A DNA stretch of 61,662 nt, the filler included, from Asterionella formosa (lineage: Eukaryota), in assembly GCA_002256025.1 (NCBI GenBank). It is 6 parts of 6 records of this genome, joined end to end, with 100 filler letters (N's around TTAATTAATTAA, not from the genome) between each part and the next. Parts side by side here need not be neighbours in the genome. Positions count along the whole stretch, not along the records: positions 20,606 to 30,803 come from NKIB01009786.1; positions 30,904 to 41,091 come from NKIB01009787.1; 4 more parts are not named here. The stretch is one strand, 5' to 3'. The notes under the pieces are model-generated. The model saw nothing but the letters and a program-made list of their open reading frames with translations, made no database searches and was not told the origin of the DNA. The translations under genes were made by a program, and so were the position numbers. How positions within the stretch are numbered: position 1 is the first letter of the stretch; every line of letters starts with the position of its first letter. Shown here piece after piece: positions 24,176-35,838 of the stretch.

Positions 24176-26405
24176 ATGACTACTAGCAACGGCGCAACGT
24201 CAGACCCATCAAGCACGAAGAAACACATTCGGGAACTCCCTCAGCATGGCGTCAAGGGAGTATTTTACGCGGGCGAATGGCTTGACATTGAAGACTGCGC
24301 AGGCAAGTTCACAGATCTACCAGAAGATTGCTGCAGCTCCTGCCCTGCTCCTTGTCCGCGCAGCCAGTCCAGAAATACAGCTACCAAGCCCGATGGAACC
24401 TACGATGTGCTTATCATTGGTGCGGGTTGTATTGGAGCGGCTATTGCTAGGGAACTATCCAGATACAAGCTTGCCATTCTCTGGCTAGAAGCTGCTGATG
24501 ACGTTTCACAAGGAGCCACCAAGGGCAATTCGGGAATCGTCCACGCTGGCTACGATGACACGCCCGATACGAATCGGGCCAAGTATTGTTGGAAAGGCAA
24601 CCAAATGTTCAAGAACCTGGACAAGGAGCTTCGATTCGGGTATCAAACGAACGGGTCTCTTGTCCTCGCTTGTGATGACAAGGAACTCCAAGTGCTCGAG
24701 ACATTGAAGAAGCGAGGAGAAATCAATGGAGTGGAGAGGTTGAGGATTGTTGACAAGAAGGAATTGTTTGAAATGGAGCCATACCTTCACCCAGATGTTG
24801 TAGCTGCCTTGTATGCACCCGATGCTGGCAATGTCATTCCATGTAAGTATAAGGGTCAAGGGTCAAACAGTGTCGTGTGCTTCTTTATATATTTTCTATT
24901 TACTTTATACCCTTCCTCATTAACGATCACGGCTTGCTTCTGATACATACTCAGATGAGTTTGCAATTGCGCTAGCAGAGAACGCGGTCGACAACGGAGT
25001 CGAACTAAGAATTCGTCGTGAAGTCACTAACATTGCACATGATGGGCAATTGTTTGAAGTGACTGTCAATCATTGGGAACCCTCTAGTTTCGTCAAGGCG
25101 ACCAACCCATTTCTGCCTCACCATGTCCTATGGATGGCTATAATGGTAGCAAGTGCTCTCATTACGACCGGTATGGGCATTCGCCTTATCGTGGATCATT
25201 CTGTGGACACATCAACCAAACAAACTGCTGCCTTTGCGACATACACTGTTTTAGCCGTTTCCACGCTGCTTCTCTTCCGTCATTTGTCTCATATGAATTC
25301 ATTCAAAATTCCCCGGACGACACCCATGGACAAACTTGTGAGCCAAGCTGGGGTTCCAGAAGGAAATGGTGGAGTTAAGGTACAGACAGAAGATATGCTG
25401 GTAGGCGGTTCCGGCTCTTCAAGCATTGTCAAGGGTGAGAGTGTTGGAACTGAAATATTCCAGTCTAAGTATGTCATTAATTGTGCCGGAGGAGCATCGG
25501 ACAAGATTTCTCGCATGATTGGCGATGATTCCTTCACTATCAAACCACGCATTGGAGACTATCTCTTGTTGAATCGCAATCAGGGATATTTGGCAAAACA
25601 CACCCTCTTCCCATGTCCTGACCCACTTTTAGGAAAAGGTGTCTTGGTCCAAACGACATTGTGGGGCAACTTAATTCTTGGACCCACATCTCGTGACATG
25701 TACAATGCCGAGGCTCGTAATATGTCAGATGCTGCTATCCAGGAATATATTTTGAGCAAGTGCAAGCGTCTTGTCCCGTCATTTGATCCTAAGGAAACCT
25801 TTCATGCCTTTTGTGGAGCTCGTGCCAAAAATTCTAGAGGGGATTGGATTATTGAACCTTCGGTGAAAAATGGCAAACTTATTCACGTTGCGGGCATTGA
25901 TTCTCCTGGTTTAGCAGGATCTCCAGCAATAGCCCTGGAGGTGGTGCGATTGCTGCAAGAAGCTGGTTGTGGAACACCCAAGAATGATTTGTTCAATCCA
26001 AACCGTGCTCCGATCATCACACCGAAGAATGGCATGAAAGGACTCAAAATGGGACCAGTCGGCAAAAACGATTCCGATGGACGCGATGAAAAGATGATGG
26101 CTTGTAATGTTGTATGTAAGTGTGAAAAGGTTACCGAACTAGAGGTTGTTCGAGCGATGCGTCGATCTCTCCCAATTGATTCATCACAAGGTATTCGCAA
26201 GCGCACAAGAGCTGGGATGGGACATTGTCAAGGGGATCCCGAGAATTATTGCTGTGAGGGACGCGTTCGAGCCATCATTGCGCGAGAAAATGGCGTTCCA
26301 ATGAATCAAGTTGGAGGTCGCCCATGGCCTGCTACTTCGACCTTGACTCAGCGTTGGATAGATGATAACGAGAAGGATGACCTGAAGACACGAATGGGAA
26401 AATAA
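24176..26405 (+). CDS. FAD-dependent oxidoreductase of the GlpA/LhgO family (glycerol-3-phosphate dehydrogenase-like) with C-terminal BFD-like [2Fe-2S] domain; exons 24176-24842 and 24955-26405
   Basis: DVLIIGAGCIG (Rossmann), ATKGNSGIVHAGYD, GIDSPGLAGSPAIA and VCKCEKV...RTRAGMGHCQG....C. Removing the GT-AG intron 24843-24954 restores VIPYEFAIALAENAVDNG. Confidence 0.92.
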
Positions 26406-26505
26406 CAAGGAAAAGAATTCTGCTTGCATCCTTTTTTCAAATACTATGTAATACTGCCACGATCCATATATTTTCTTGTTTTTTAAACTAGTTTACTGCC
26501 AGTTT

Positions 26506-29500
26506 CTATTGCTTCATCGCTTCCAGTGTAAAAGCGTGAAGATCTAACTTGAGCTGCTGGAGTTCAATGTCTCGACCCAAAAGCCGTTCTTCTAAACTGC
26601 AAAGCCGATTGAGAACTCTATTTGTCGCATCGATTTTGCCTTGCTTGGAATAACTTCCAGTGTCTGAACCAGAAAAACGATCAGATCTGTCATCGTAGAA
26701 AGTATAATCATCGCCAAGTTGTCTTAACAACGGTTCTCCTCGAATCATGTTCTGTTCATCAAATTCCAAATTTTGCAGTTTCTCTTGGTTCCCTTTTAGA
26801 TGTGTTTCTTGAGAAATTAAGTTTTCTCTCCAGGCTGTCTTGGCAGCCAAGTCAGAAGTCTCGCGTGAAGTATCTGATGTTGACAACGTCATCCGATAAT
26901 ATGGATGCTCCAGCGATGGGGGCACTCTGATGGACGCACATCTTTGATGGGGAATTCTATTGCGAGTCTCAACAGATTGCATATCCCGGCTTTCATCTTC
27001 TCTTTCGAATAAATATGTTGGTTCAGTTATCTCGCTGCACATGGACGTATTTTTGAGGATACTAACATCTACCGTTGGGGTACTTTGCAGATCTGGGATC
27101 ATGGTCTGTTCCTTTAGTCCAAGAGGGCGCATTGAGGAATTTTTTCCTGTTCGATGAGGAGCTGGACCTACGGAAGGCGTTTCTTTCTGTTCCTTATCAT
27201 TTGCGACAGACCAAACAACGTTTCCATTTGAAAAGCACTTAGCTTTCAAATCAGAAAATGAACATCGAGGATCATACCGTTCCAACAAATGGCTCAGGAA
27301 AGATAGTTCACCGTTCCACTCATGTCCATCGTGCGATTCCTGGCGTCGGGTGTAGTTTACCTCAGTGGCTCTGGAAACGAAATCGATGAGATCTTCCTTC
27401 ATCGTCATTGTATCCGCAATCCCTGGAATCAACGAGTTTTTGGCATTCTGTGAGTATAAATACCCAACAATCTCCTGCGAAGAAGCGATCCAATTCTCTG
27501 GAACCTGATCGACTTCTTCCAACATTGCTGCTGTGAGGATCGACAAAGCCTTTTCTCCCCGCATAAGAACCATTCCCATCATCATCAAAGGAAGTAGATT
27601 CTTGATGGTCTCTTTTGGATTTAACACTGGAATAGGGAATGGTATATGAGTGTCAGTTTCAGTGGGCACTACGGGCACTCCACTGGCTTCATCGAGAAGA
27701 TACAAGAAGCCACATTTTCGTTTCCGATAAAGACCAATGAGATCATTTGTAAGGAGATTATGCTTTGCCTCATTGAAAGCCCAGCCATCTGTCTGTACAA
27801 ACTCAACCTTTCCCTCTGAGAATTGATTGGCTTTCCTTTCAAGAATGTGATGGATCTTGCTGGGTTGGGTAAATTCTAAAAGCAAATTTGCGAACTTTAC
27901 AGCTGTATTTGCGGAAGCCGCTGACTCAAGTGACAAGGAGCCATCATGTTTCCTCTTCAACTTATAGGGCAAGATAACAAAGCTTGTCGGAAAGGTGCTT
28001 GCTTTAACATTGAAAACTCGTTTGGCTAATGAACTCACATTTAGAGTCGCTCGCTGAGATCTAAAGTGTTCGCTTGATTTCGTGTTTCTCAGAATAGACC
28101 GTCTTGACGACACTGAAGATGAAATCGATAGCATGCTACCAGAAGATAAAAATTTCTGCTTCTTCGTGTTGTTGCCTTCTAATCGGGATCGGATGACTTT
28201 GGCGCAAGGTGAAATTGATATATCTAATACTTTTTTCCCCCCATAAGTTTTCATTGCCGACAATTTCTTCACGGCGTTCAAATCAAGAGAGTTCACAATT
28301 CGCTCAACGCTTAGTACATAGTTGTCTTTTTCGTCAGCCATGGACTCATCAAATGTACACATCCAGACCCATGCAGATCGAGCGGCTGGATCAAATAAGC
28401 TATCGTCAAAATCAGACATTTCAGCATGAAATTTGGCCTCAGCACGAATGAGGGACTCAATACGCTGCATTCGATCAGCATCTTTGCGGAAAGGAAGAAT
28501 ATTTGGATAAAAGGCAAAGATGAGGTCAGACCTGCGTACTAGGTCTTCCGCATGGCTTCCATTGTCCATCACAGATTGGGTCCACTTTACACCATCTTTT
28601 CCTGTTTTGGTTTCTTGGTCATGCTTAACTGATTCATCAGACAAATTTTGATGTCTGCGACTTTCAAGGAGTTCCAATGGGAGTGCATCACTTTTGAAAA
28701 CAGACTGAAGTGCATTGAGATCGCAAGGGACAGTAGCTGCCTCTGGATAGGTTGCTAGAACTATTTCAAGTGTGTTGTACTGAACCATAAAGATTGACGC
28801 AATATGAAGTGGTAAAATTCTTCCGACGCTGCCTCGTCGACGACATGATGCACGAGTAGCAGCAATCGGCTCCAATACAATATCAATGGAAAGTGCCATT
28901 TCTTGATGCAGCCGAGTGAGTTTTGCCATATCTTCTCCACTTGAAATACTCCCATTTTGAAATTTAAAATGCCAATCTGACTCCCACTCAAGAAGGCGAC
29001 GGGCTAACAAGTGCACAGGAAGATCACTGTTCTTATCGGGCACTGCACATGCTTCCTTAAATGCCCATGCAACAATTTCAATAATAGAACGGAACATGAT
29101 GATATCATCAACAAGGTGATCTAAAATACTCAAAAGATCGGTCTTTTTCTTCTTCCTGAATCGATCTGGGAAACATCGATGGCAAGCTACATGAAGAGCT
29201 AGTCTGCCATCAGTTCGCATTTTCCCCTTGGCTAATTCTGGCTGTCCATTAAGTATTGTTTGGATTTCTTCGGGAACTGCAAATACTTTGTTAAGAGTGG
29301 CAAAAAACTCCTTCTTGGTTGTATTAGATTGAAAAACAGCACAAGCAGCACCAGCACCATTAACACATGCAGCAGATACCCTCAATATATCATTGACACT
29401 GGAAGTATGATTTCTGTTTTCCTGAATTGGTTCCTTATAATTTTTTGATTCATTGGAAGGGGGGACTTCATAGATTCCATCGACAATGCTGTTGAAGGTT

Positions 29501-30573
29501 GATATAGCCCAGTTGTTGTTATCTTTCTGCTCATCTTCTTGTTCTGTCAAAACTGGCAGTGCATTGGATGGAATGACTTGCATCTCGAGCTCATTCATAT
29601 TAGCAATGTCTGGACTAGTTTTATTCACCTCAAAATTTTCATACCACAGAAGATTTCCATTGGTATATGGTACAATATCAATAACATCAGATGTTCCCAA
29701 GATGGAAGTTGTAACTGCAAGATCTTTATTCAAGGGGGATTTTTTTGTAAAAATAAACGGGGCATTGAAGTCATTTGAGGTATCTCGCTCATCACTAGTG
29801 CAGTATGTTGAAGTGGGGAAGGCATACTTGGGATCACAGTGAAAGCTGAAGTCGACATCAATATTTCTATTGACCTTCGCTTTAAGTCCTTGGTCATCTT
29901 TAGAACATGCTGCAAAAGCAGCATGGTTTACTTCTTGCTTCGACCCCATTTGATCCTGACCAGTTCTCAACCCAGTTGCTATAGACGTCGGATCTCCACC
30001 CTGCAATGGAAACTTTTGCATCTTCTTGGCTTCCAGTTCCTGGTCTGATGCAGTAAATATAGCCCAAGCAGCATCAATTGCTTGTTGCTGCACATCCCTT
30101 TGACCCTGTCTTTCTATCTTGGCTGCAGCACTTGTGGGTCCTCCTGGCTGATGTGAACCTTGTTGCATCTCATCTTCCGATGTCGAAATGCTTTCGCAAC
30201 TGGACAAGGAGCTTGAATCTTCTGAGTTTGCTTGTTCAAGTTTTCTGGCATAGTCATCATACGTGACAGACTTCCTCCCTTGTCGTAGATCGCGCTCCAC
30301 TTCCTTCTGTTTCGCCTCCTTTTCCAGTTTCGTTTTCGCTGACCTGGGAAAGAGTCGGAACTTTTTCTTCTCGCGGTCCTCTAGAGTTTTGCGAAATCCT
30401 TTGACAGTCTCTTTCACTACTGACTTGATTGCCTTAACTCCAGTGCCTTTTGCATTGTAGATAACCTCTACGCCAAGCGAAACTAGCTCTTCTCTCAGTG
30501 GGAACCTAGGAGGCTTATCGCAAACGCACGTGACGCAAATGTCGACATTGTCGAGGACTGCGTATTGGACCAT
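26506..30573 (-). CDS. Large hypothetical protein with degenerate ankyrin-like repeats and a C-terminal coiled coil
   Basis: Uninterrupted 1355-aa ORF with ankyrin-like GRLALHVAC, DLPVHLLA and ILPLHIAS, and a heptad-rich C-terminus. Confidence 0.85.
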   Translation of the reverse strand: MVQYAVLDNVDICVTCVCDKPPRFPLREELVSLGVEVIYNAKGTGVKAIKSVVKETVKGFRKTLEDREKKKFRLFPRSAKTKLEKEAKQKEVERDLRQGRKSVTYDDYARKLEQANSEDSSSLSSCESISTSEDEMQQGSHQPGGPTSAAAKIERQGQRDVQQQAIDAAWAIFTASDQELEAKKMQKFPLQGGDPTSIATGLRTGQDQMGSKQEVNHAAFAACSKDDQGLKAKVNRNIDVDFSFHCDPKYAFPTSTYCTSDERDTSNDFNAPFIFTKKSPLNKDLAVTTSILGTSDVIDIVPYTNGNLLWYENFEVNKTSPDIANMNELEMQVIPSNALPVLTEQEDEQKDNNNWAISTFNSIVDGIYEVPPSNESKNYKEPIQENRNHTSSVNDILRVSAACVNGAGAACAVFQSNTTKKEFFATLNKVFAVPEEIQTILNGQPELAKGKMRTDGRLALHVACHRCFPDRFRKKKKTDLLSILDHLVDDIIMFRSIIEIVAWAFKEACAVPDKNSDLPVHLLARRLLEWESDWHFKFQNGSISSGEDMAKLTRLHQEMALSIDIVLEPIAATRASCRRRGSVGRILPLHIASIFMVQYNTLEIVLATYPEAATVPCDLNALQSVFKSDALPLELLESRRHQNLSDESVKHDQETKTGKDGVKWTQSVMDNGSHAEDLVRRSDLIFAFYPNILPFRKDADRMQRIESLIRAEAKFHAEMSDFDDSLFDPAARSAWVWMCTFDESMADEKDNYVLSVERIVNSLDLNAVKKLSAMKTYGGKKVLDISISPCAKVIRSRLEGNNTKKQKFLSSGSMLSISSSVSSRRSILRNTKSSEHFRSQRATLNVSSLAKRVFNVKASTFPTSFVILPYKLKRKHDGSLSLESAASANTAVKFANLLLEFTQPSKIHHILERKANQFSEGKVEFVQTDGWAFNEAKHNLLTNDLIGLYRKRKCGFLYLLDEASGVPVVPTETDTHIPFPIPVLNPKETIKNLLPLMMMGMVLMRGEKALSILTAAMLEEVDQVPENWIASSQEIVGYLYSQNAKNSLIPGIADTMTMKEDLIDFVSRATEVNYTRRQESHDGHEWNGELSFLSHLLERYDPRCSFSDLKAKCFSNGNVVWSVANDKEQKETPSVGPAPHRTGKNSSMRPLGLKEQTMIPDLQSTPTVDVSILKNTSMCSEITEPTYLFEREDESRDMQSVETRNRIPHQRCASIRVPPSLEHPYYRMTLSTSDTSRETSDLAAKTAWRENLISQETHLKGNQEKLQNLEFDEQNMIRGEPLLRQLGDDYTFYDDRSDRFSGSDTGSYSKQGKIDATNRVLNRLCSLEERLLGRDIELQQLKLDLHAFTLEAMKQ

Positions 30574-30803
30574 GTTACCCAGTTACCGCAAAGTGCGCTA
30601 TTATCAAAGTCAAAACCTAGTTTCAATGCGAAGAAGTGGCGCTCAAATGCCGGTATCATGATATAAAGTGGTTTTCCAGGGAATTGTTTGGTGACGATAA
30701 AATTCGCAAGAAAATATAAAAGTTGTCGAGAACACTGGCCGTTCAACGGTCAAAGACCATATTACAGAGTTCGTCTCACCCTTCTTACGATACATACAAT
30801 TCC

Positions 30804-30903
30804 NNNNNNNNNNNNNNNNNNNNNNNNNNNNNNNNNNNNNNNNNNNNTTAATTAATTAANNNNNNNNNNNNNNNNNNNNNNNNNNNNNNNNNNNNNNNNN
30901 NNN
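30804..30903. other. Artificial contig spacer
   Basis: N44-TTAATTAATTAA-N44. Confidence 0.99.
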
Positions 30904-31470
30904 TCCTCTTCAACTGAGGCTGCTGGTGGCAGTATCGCTCCGGCAACTGGGACTGGTGCATCGCCACATCCCATTGTATCAATATATCTGGTAAGTAAGC
31001 AGTAGATGATCGCATCGCCAATTCGTTTGTACCAAGACACCATTGTTTTTGTTTGCGAAAAGGTGCATTCGTGTTCCTGTTTGTTAAGCGCTCTGATCGC
31101 TTGCACCTTGTTCAATGTTGCTGTGTAGTTCATAACTTTCTTATTCGCTTTCTCACTCTCCTTCTCCTCTGCTCTTCTTTTCATCCTAGTCATATCGTCC
31201 AGTGCTTCTGTTCCCAGTTTAAAGCGTCCAGCCGCCACAAGAAGTCCTGCTGTATACCTTTTATTTTGCGCGATTGCCCATAGCGCCGATTCCTTCCGTT
31301 GGCGACCCATCTGATCGAGATTGATGCCATTCCTTGAATCCTCTTTGTTCCTGAATTCAATAACTTTGTCAAGAAGGGTGCCGGTGATACCTTCCTTTAG
31401 ATTCAGTCCTGCTGGTGTGATGGTTGAGATAGCGGCATTCAATTCTGTCTGGGTTGCTGAAACTGCTGTC
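30904..31470 (-). pseudogene. Probable DNA-transposon protein C-terminal fragment
   Basis: LNLKEG...RYTAGLLVAAGRFKLG...MVSWYKRIGD resembles C-termini I associate with diatom DDE transposases. No ATG start or catalytic core is present, and transposon-end-like sequence lies upstream. Confidence 0.4.
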
Positions 31471-32360
31471 AGTTGTATTTCATCATGAAGAAGTGTAGTC
31501 GGAGTATATATATTTACAGCACTACCGGTAAATTGCGGGGAAACTAACTAATTCCCAAATAGGAATCATAATATTTCATTTATAAAAGTAGCCTAATAGA
31601 AATATTTTACTTTTTTTATAATGGTTTTGTCATCCTGTGTCACAGTAGATGGGTGGTTGACAACATTTAGGATTTCCCAAAAACCGATAGCATCATTTTT
31701 GCGTCAGTTGACCAAAACCAAAACCAATCCAAAAATAAGTTTTTGGGTTTTGGTTTGGGTCGATGGTTAGCAACGGCCTAAATGAATATTCATGATATTT
31801 TTTATTGTTTATATTGAATTTATGTTGCTGTATGTAGATTTAATATAACTCTACCCCCAAAAGGCATACGGGTATTACCCTACACTCAAAGGCACATACC
31901 GGCATATAAACCAATACTAGAGAAACGGTGTACCAAGGTACCTACCTAATGACAACAGATGATGAAACTACCAGTAGTACTTATTTTACCTACCAAGTAC
32001 CGGTACATTACATCTAATACATGTGGTTCAAGTATGGCTGGTGTAATTTTACAAGACCGGGATACTTCGGCCAATCTGGAGCAGGTGAGTAAATTCAATT
32101 CAACCAATCAGAATATGTGTAGTGATGCGGGAACTCACCCTGGAGTCTTTTCGGACAGAGAATTATTCAGCAAAACATACCTACGCAAGACTCTAAGTCT
32201 ACGAGGACGTTTTTGCACGTACTAATTCCGATTCCAATATTTTGGCGACTGTTGAAAAAACCGATCGGGTCGACTTTTTGGAAGAGGATTGCACTACATC
32301 TACGGGGTTTCATGACGATCAAAATTGATAGCCGTGTACCCTATAACGTCAGGAGTTAAC

Positions 32361-32481
32361 TTCTGGAGAGAAGTGGCAGTTATGTATCATAGATTTTTTG
32401 AAAAGCTTCGTAGCCCCTTTTATTGACTAGTTTTGCAGTAGTTACGAATCTCTGATACGTAACTGCCACTTCTCTCCAGAA
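32361..32481. repeat. 35-bp inverted repeat with 51-nt spacer (hairpin)
   Basis: TTCTGGAGAGAAGTGGCAGTTATGTATCATAGATT (32361-32395) matches the reverse complement of 32447-32481 at 33/35. Confidence 0.92.
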
Positions 32482-32982
32482 ATGGGGCCTTACCATATCT
32501 GTATATAGATCATACCCCTAAGTCGAGCAATGACAGTATCTAAGCATATGCAAAGTGGTCGTAATGGTGAAAGCTAATTTTACATTTAACTATCATATTT
32601 ACTTGTACGTGATGTGTGGATTGAGGTACATCATACATAAAAATATTTTGTGAAAAAACGGACCTCGCAATTTGTAACTGCGGGGCTGCAACATTAAAGG
32701 AGGCTTGCTTAAACTGTATGCATATGAGCCCCTAGCTATTAGCTCAGGGTTAAAAATATAATGTTGAGTCAGAGTTATCAAACACACACTTCTTGCGAGT
32801 AAAATCGCTAGCTGGTACCAGGGGAACAGGTTTGCTCTACGCGGTTGCTCACCCAATTGATATCTGGGCATAATGTTGATCACACTCATAATAACTTGAC
32901 ATTCATACATCTCGTTCATTCAACTATTTTATCAGTTTGAGATTGTGTAAGGAGGGTAAACTTGTTAAATAGACTTAACGCC

Positions 32983-35791
32983 ATGGCTAGTTTTGATTTT
33001 TCCGAAAGCTCCGCCTCAGAGCTGATGCATTTACTATTGAACAGGGGTTACTTTCACAATGGAGGCGTTGAGCAAACAAAAGAGCTGGAGTCAATTGATG
33101 ATTCAATAGAAACCTTTCAGAAACAAATATCTCAACGTCCTTTCCCGGATGAAGATAAAGAAGTTGTACAAACCTATGACTCTTGTTACGTGACAAAAGT
33201 CAGACTAAGCCATCTGCTGCAAACACTATTAGCGGAATGCGGAGGACGGCTAACAAAAACTGAAGCATCTATGATACTGGCAGTGAATATCGACGAGTTA
33301 ACTTGGGTCCTCCCTGAGAATACAACAATACTCGGGGACGAGCTCATGACGGAGCAGTACTTGGACGAACAAATTCTAGCCGTTTGCTCTCGCTTGGCTC
33401 AATCCGAAAGTGGCTGTCTACCGTTGTCGGATATTGCCTTACATATTTTGCATCTCCCCATGGAGTTTGTGGTTTCATGCTTTCAGAAACGAATCGATAC
33501 ACTGAATGGTCGCATTATTACTCTACATGGTGCGAAAACTCTAGTTACTTCTACTTTCGATGCGAAAGAACGAGCTCGAATTCGCGGGACACTCCGGGCA
33601 ATCACATTGCCCAGTCAACTGGATGCACTGTCAATTGGGGACTTATCGTACGCCTTACCAGTGATTCGAGATCTGTGTAAAACACAAGAAGTGAAGGGTG
33701 CGCTGCGGGAACAGTCAGGGAGTCTGGGCATGTACATACCTCACAGTTACGAGATTTTGCAAAGGGAGAGTGTCGATGAAATCTTCGAAACACAAGGATA
33801 TATAATGTTGGAGAAATGTCAAGCTTTAGGTATATCAGCTTCGAGCATGGGTGCTTTTGTGACGACGTCGTTTGTAAGTGATTGTTTGTGATTTTCCTGA
33901 TCATTGTTCCGAGAATTCGCACCCATCATTTGTCACCTATTCCAGCCCTCTGCAGTATGTCTTCCTAATTCAGTTGTTTCTACAAATGCCATTATCGCTC
34001 CATTGATTTCTGTCATTGAAAGCACCTTAGAAGAGAACTCATTTTTTGACTTGAAATTACATCTCGCGGAAGCGTTAGTAGCAAGCAAAGTGGATTTGCA
34101 ATTGCTGATATATGACCACGTGCTGCCACAACTGGCCAGGTCAAAAAACACTGGCGAGCTTGTTGTGTCGAACGAGGATGTTTTGTTTGTTAGCAGTGGA
34201 ATGATTCGTCGGCTTTCGACTTCTATTTTGCCGCCATTGATCGAATCCTTCGCGAAACGTCGAGCTGTAGCTTTGGAAGAGAGAATGAATTCACAAGATA
34301 AAAACGATGACGCTATTGTAAATAGTTCGAGCAAAGGAAAGAAAAAAGTCAAACAGTCCCCTTCAAAATTGCCTTGCTCAAGAAACGAATTTGGCTTGGT
34401 CCCGATTTCTGTTGTTGCAGCCAAAGTTGCCGAGGAGGAACCAGAGCTGGCGAACATTCAGGCGAGTTACGGTCATATGCCCGAAGCAAATCTCGACGAG
34501 AAATTCTTCCTTTGGGAGCAAGACGAAGGAAGCGAGTCTTCAAGTGGTCCCTTGTATGATTTTTGTCGAATCGCTTTCTTTAATGAAAGCTTTCGCAATG
34601 CTTGCGCGCAAGCGGTGGAAGCGGAATTGGCGCGACTTCTGTCGTACAAGAAGGCTGTTTCTATTTGTAATCGCAAGGATGGCGCTACAAGAATACAATT
34701 GATTGAGAGCGCGTTCGAAGCTCCTACTTGCTTCAAATCTGCATGCTTTCAACTACAGGTCCACGAAAAATTCCTCCACTACCTGGAAACTATCGACGTT
34801 GCCAAGGAGTCATTAATTGCATGCACAACTTCATTCTTGGATGGATGCTGTGGAAGCTTCGCTAGTCGAATTACTCAATATTGCCTTTTCAAGAATGAAT
34901 TGGAAGGAGTGTTTGCTTTTGAGAGGAAAATAGACCATGAAGATGAACGTAGCGCCAATGATTCAGTCGGATTACCCTCATACTGTCAACAAGTAGATAT
35001 CACTCAAACTCAATTTCCAACGTACGAAATTCGTTGTTTGGATGAAGAAAGTGGCCAATACACGGACCCTCTGTCTACTTTGAGATTCGTCTTCTCGGGA
35101 AATCTTGGAGTCCTTCTTTCTCGCACCTGGACTCTATGTGGTGGAAGGTGCTATGTAGGTGGTACAAAGTCAACAGGAGGAGAGGACGGTGATGTCGTTC
35201 ATCCTGGGAATGCGAATGAATTCATGGCTCATGTCGAAGAAAATTGCCTGTAAGACTGCTGGCTTCTTGTTTTTGACCTGTTACATCAACATGTTTGAAC
35301 TATTCCCTCACCCATTAAGATTCTCAAACAGATCCATTTGCAGCGTCCCGTTCAAGAAACTTGACAAGAAATCAGAAAAACAATACATGTTTGCGAGGCG
35401 ACAAGAGTTAACTGCTCGTCTGGCAGCAGCAGTTGAGGCCGAGAAGGTGCTTGAGCTGACAGTATTACTTCTACTTCAACAGGTAAATCGGACTAAAGAC
35501 AATTACGTCCCTACTTTCTTAACTTCTCACCAATTAATGTATTTCCCACAGGTAAAGAGCGTTTGTGCTTTTTGTCTTTCTGTAGATTTGTTACTTCCAA
35601 TTCTTTGTATGGACAAGAAGATTTGTAACGAAGTTGCCTCAGAACTAACTTCGCTTCATATCGTCACAAAAGTAGGTGGGGATGTAGCCATGGATAGCGA
35701 ATTATCATCCTTGATTGAGAAAGTGAGAGGGTGGGGACTCTGCAAAGATATTTCAAAGCATCAAGTCGAAAGGGAAGCACGAGAGTGCTGA
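32983..35791 (+). CDS. UFL1: E3 UFM1-protein ligase 1 homologue; exons 32983-33873, 33946-35249, 35332-35482, 35552-35791
   Basis: UFL1-like motifs GGRLTKTEASMILAVNI, TEQYLDE, ERARIRGTLRAITLP, YIPHSY...QRESVDEIFETQGYI, KGKKK and FKKLDKKSEK. GT-AG introns of 72, 82 and 69 nt join the frames. Confidence 0.85.
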
Positions 35792-35838
35792 CAGCTTAGT
35801 GACAATGGTATCGTTGGGATACGTACAGTTCCTAACTA

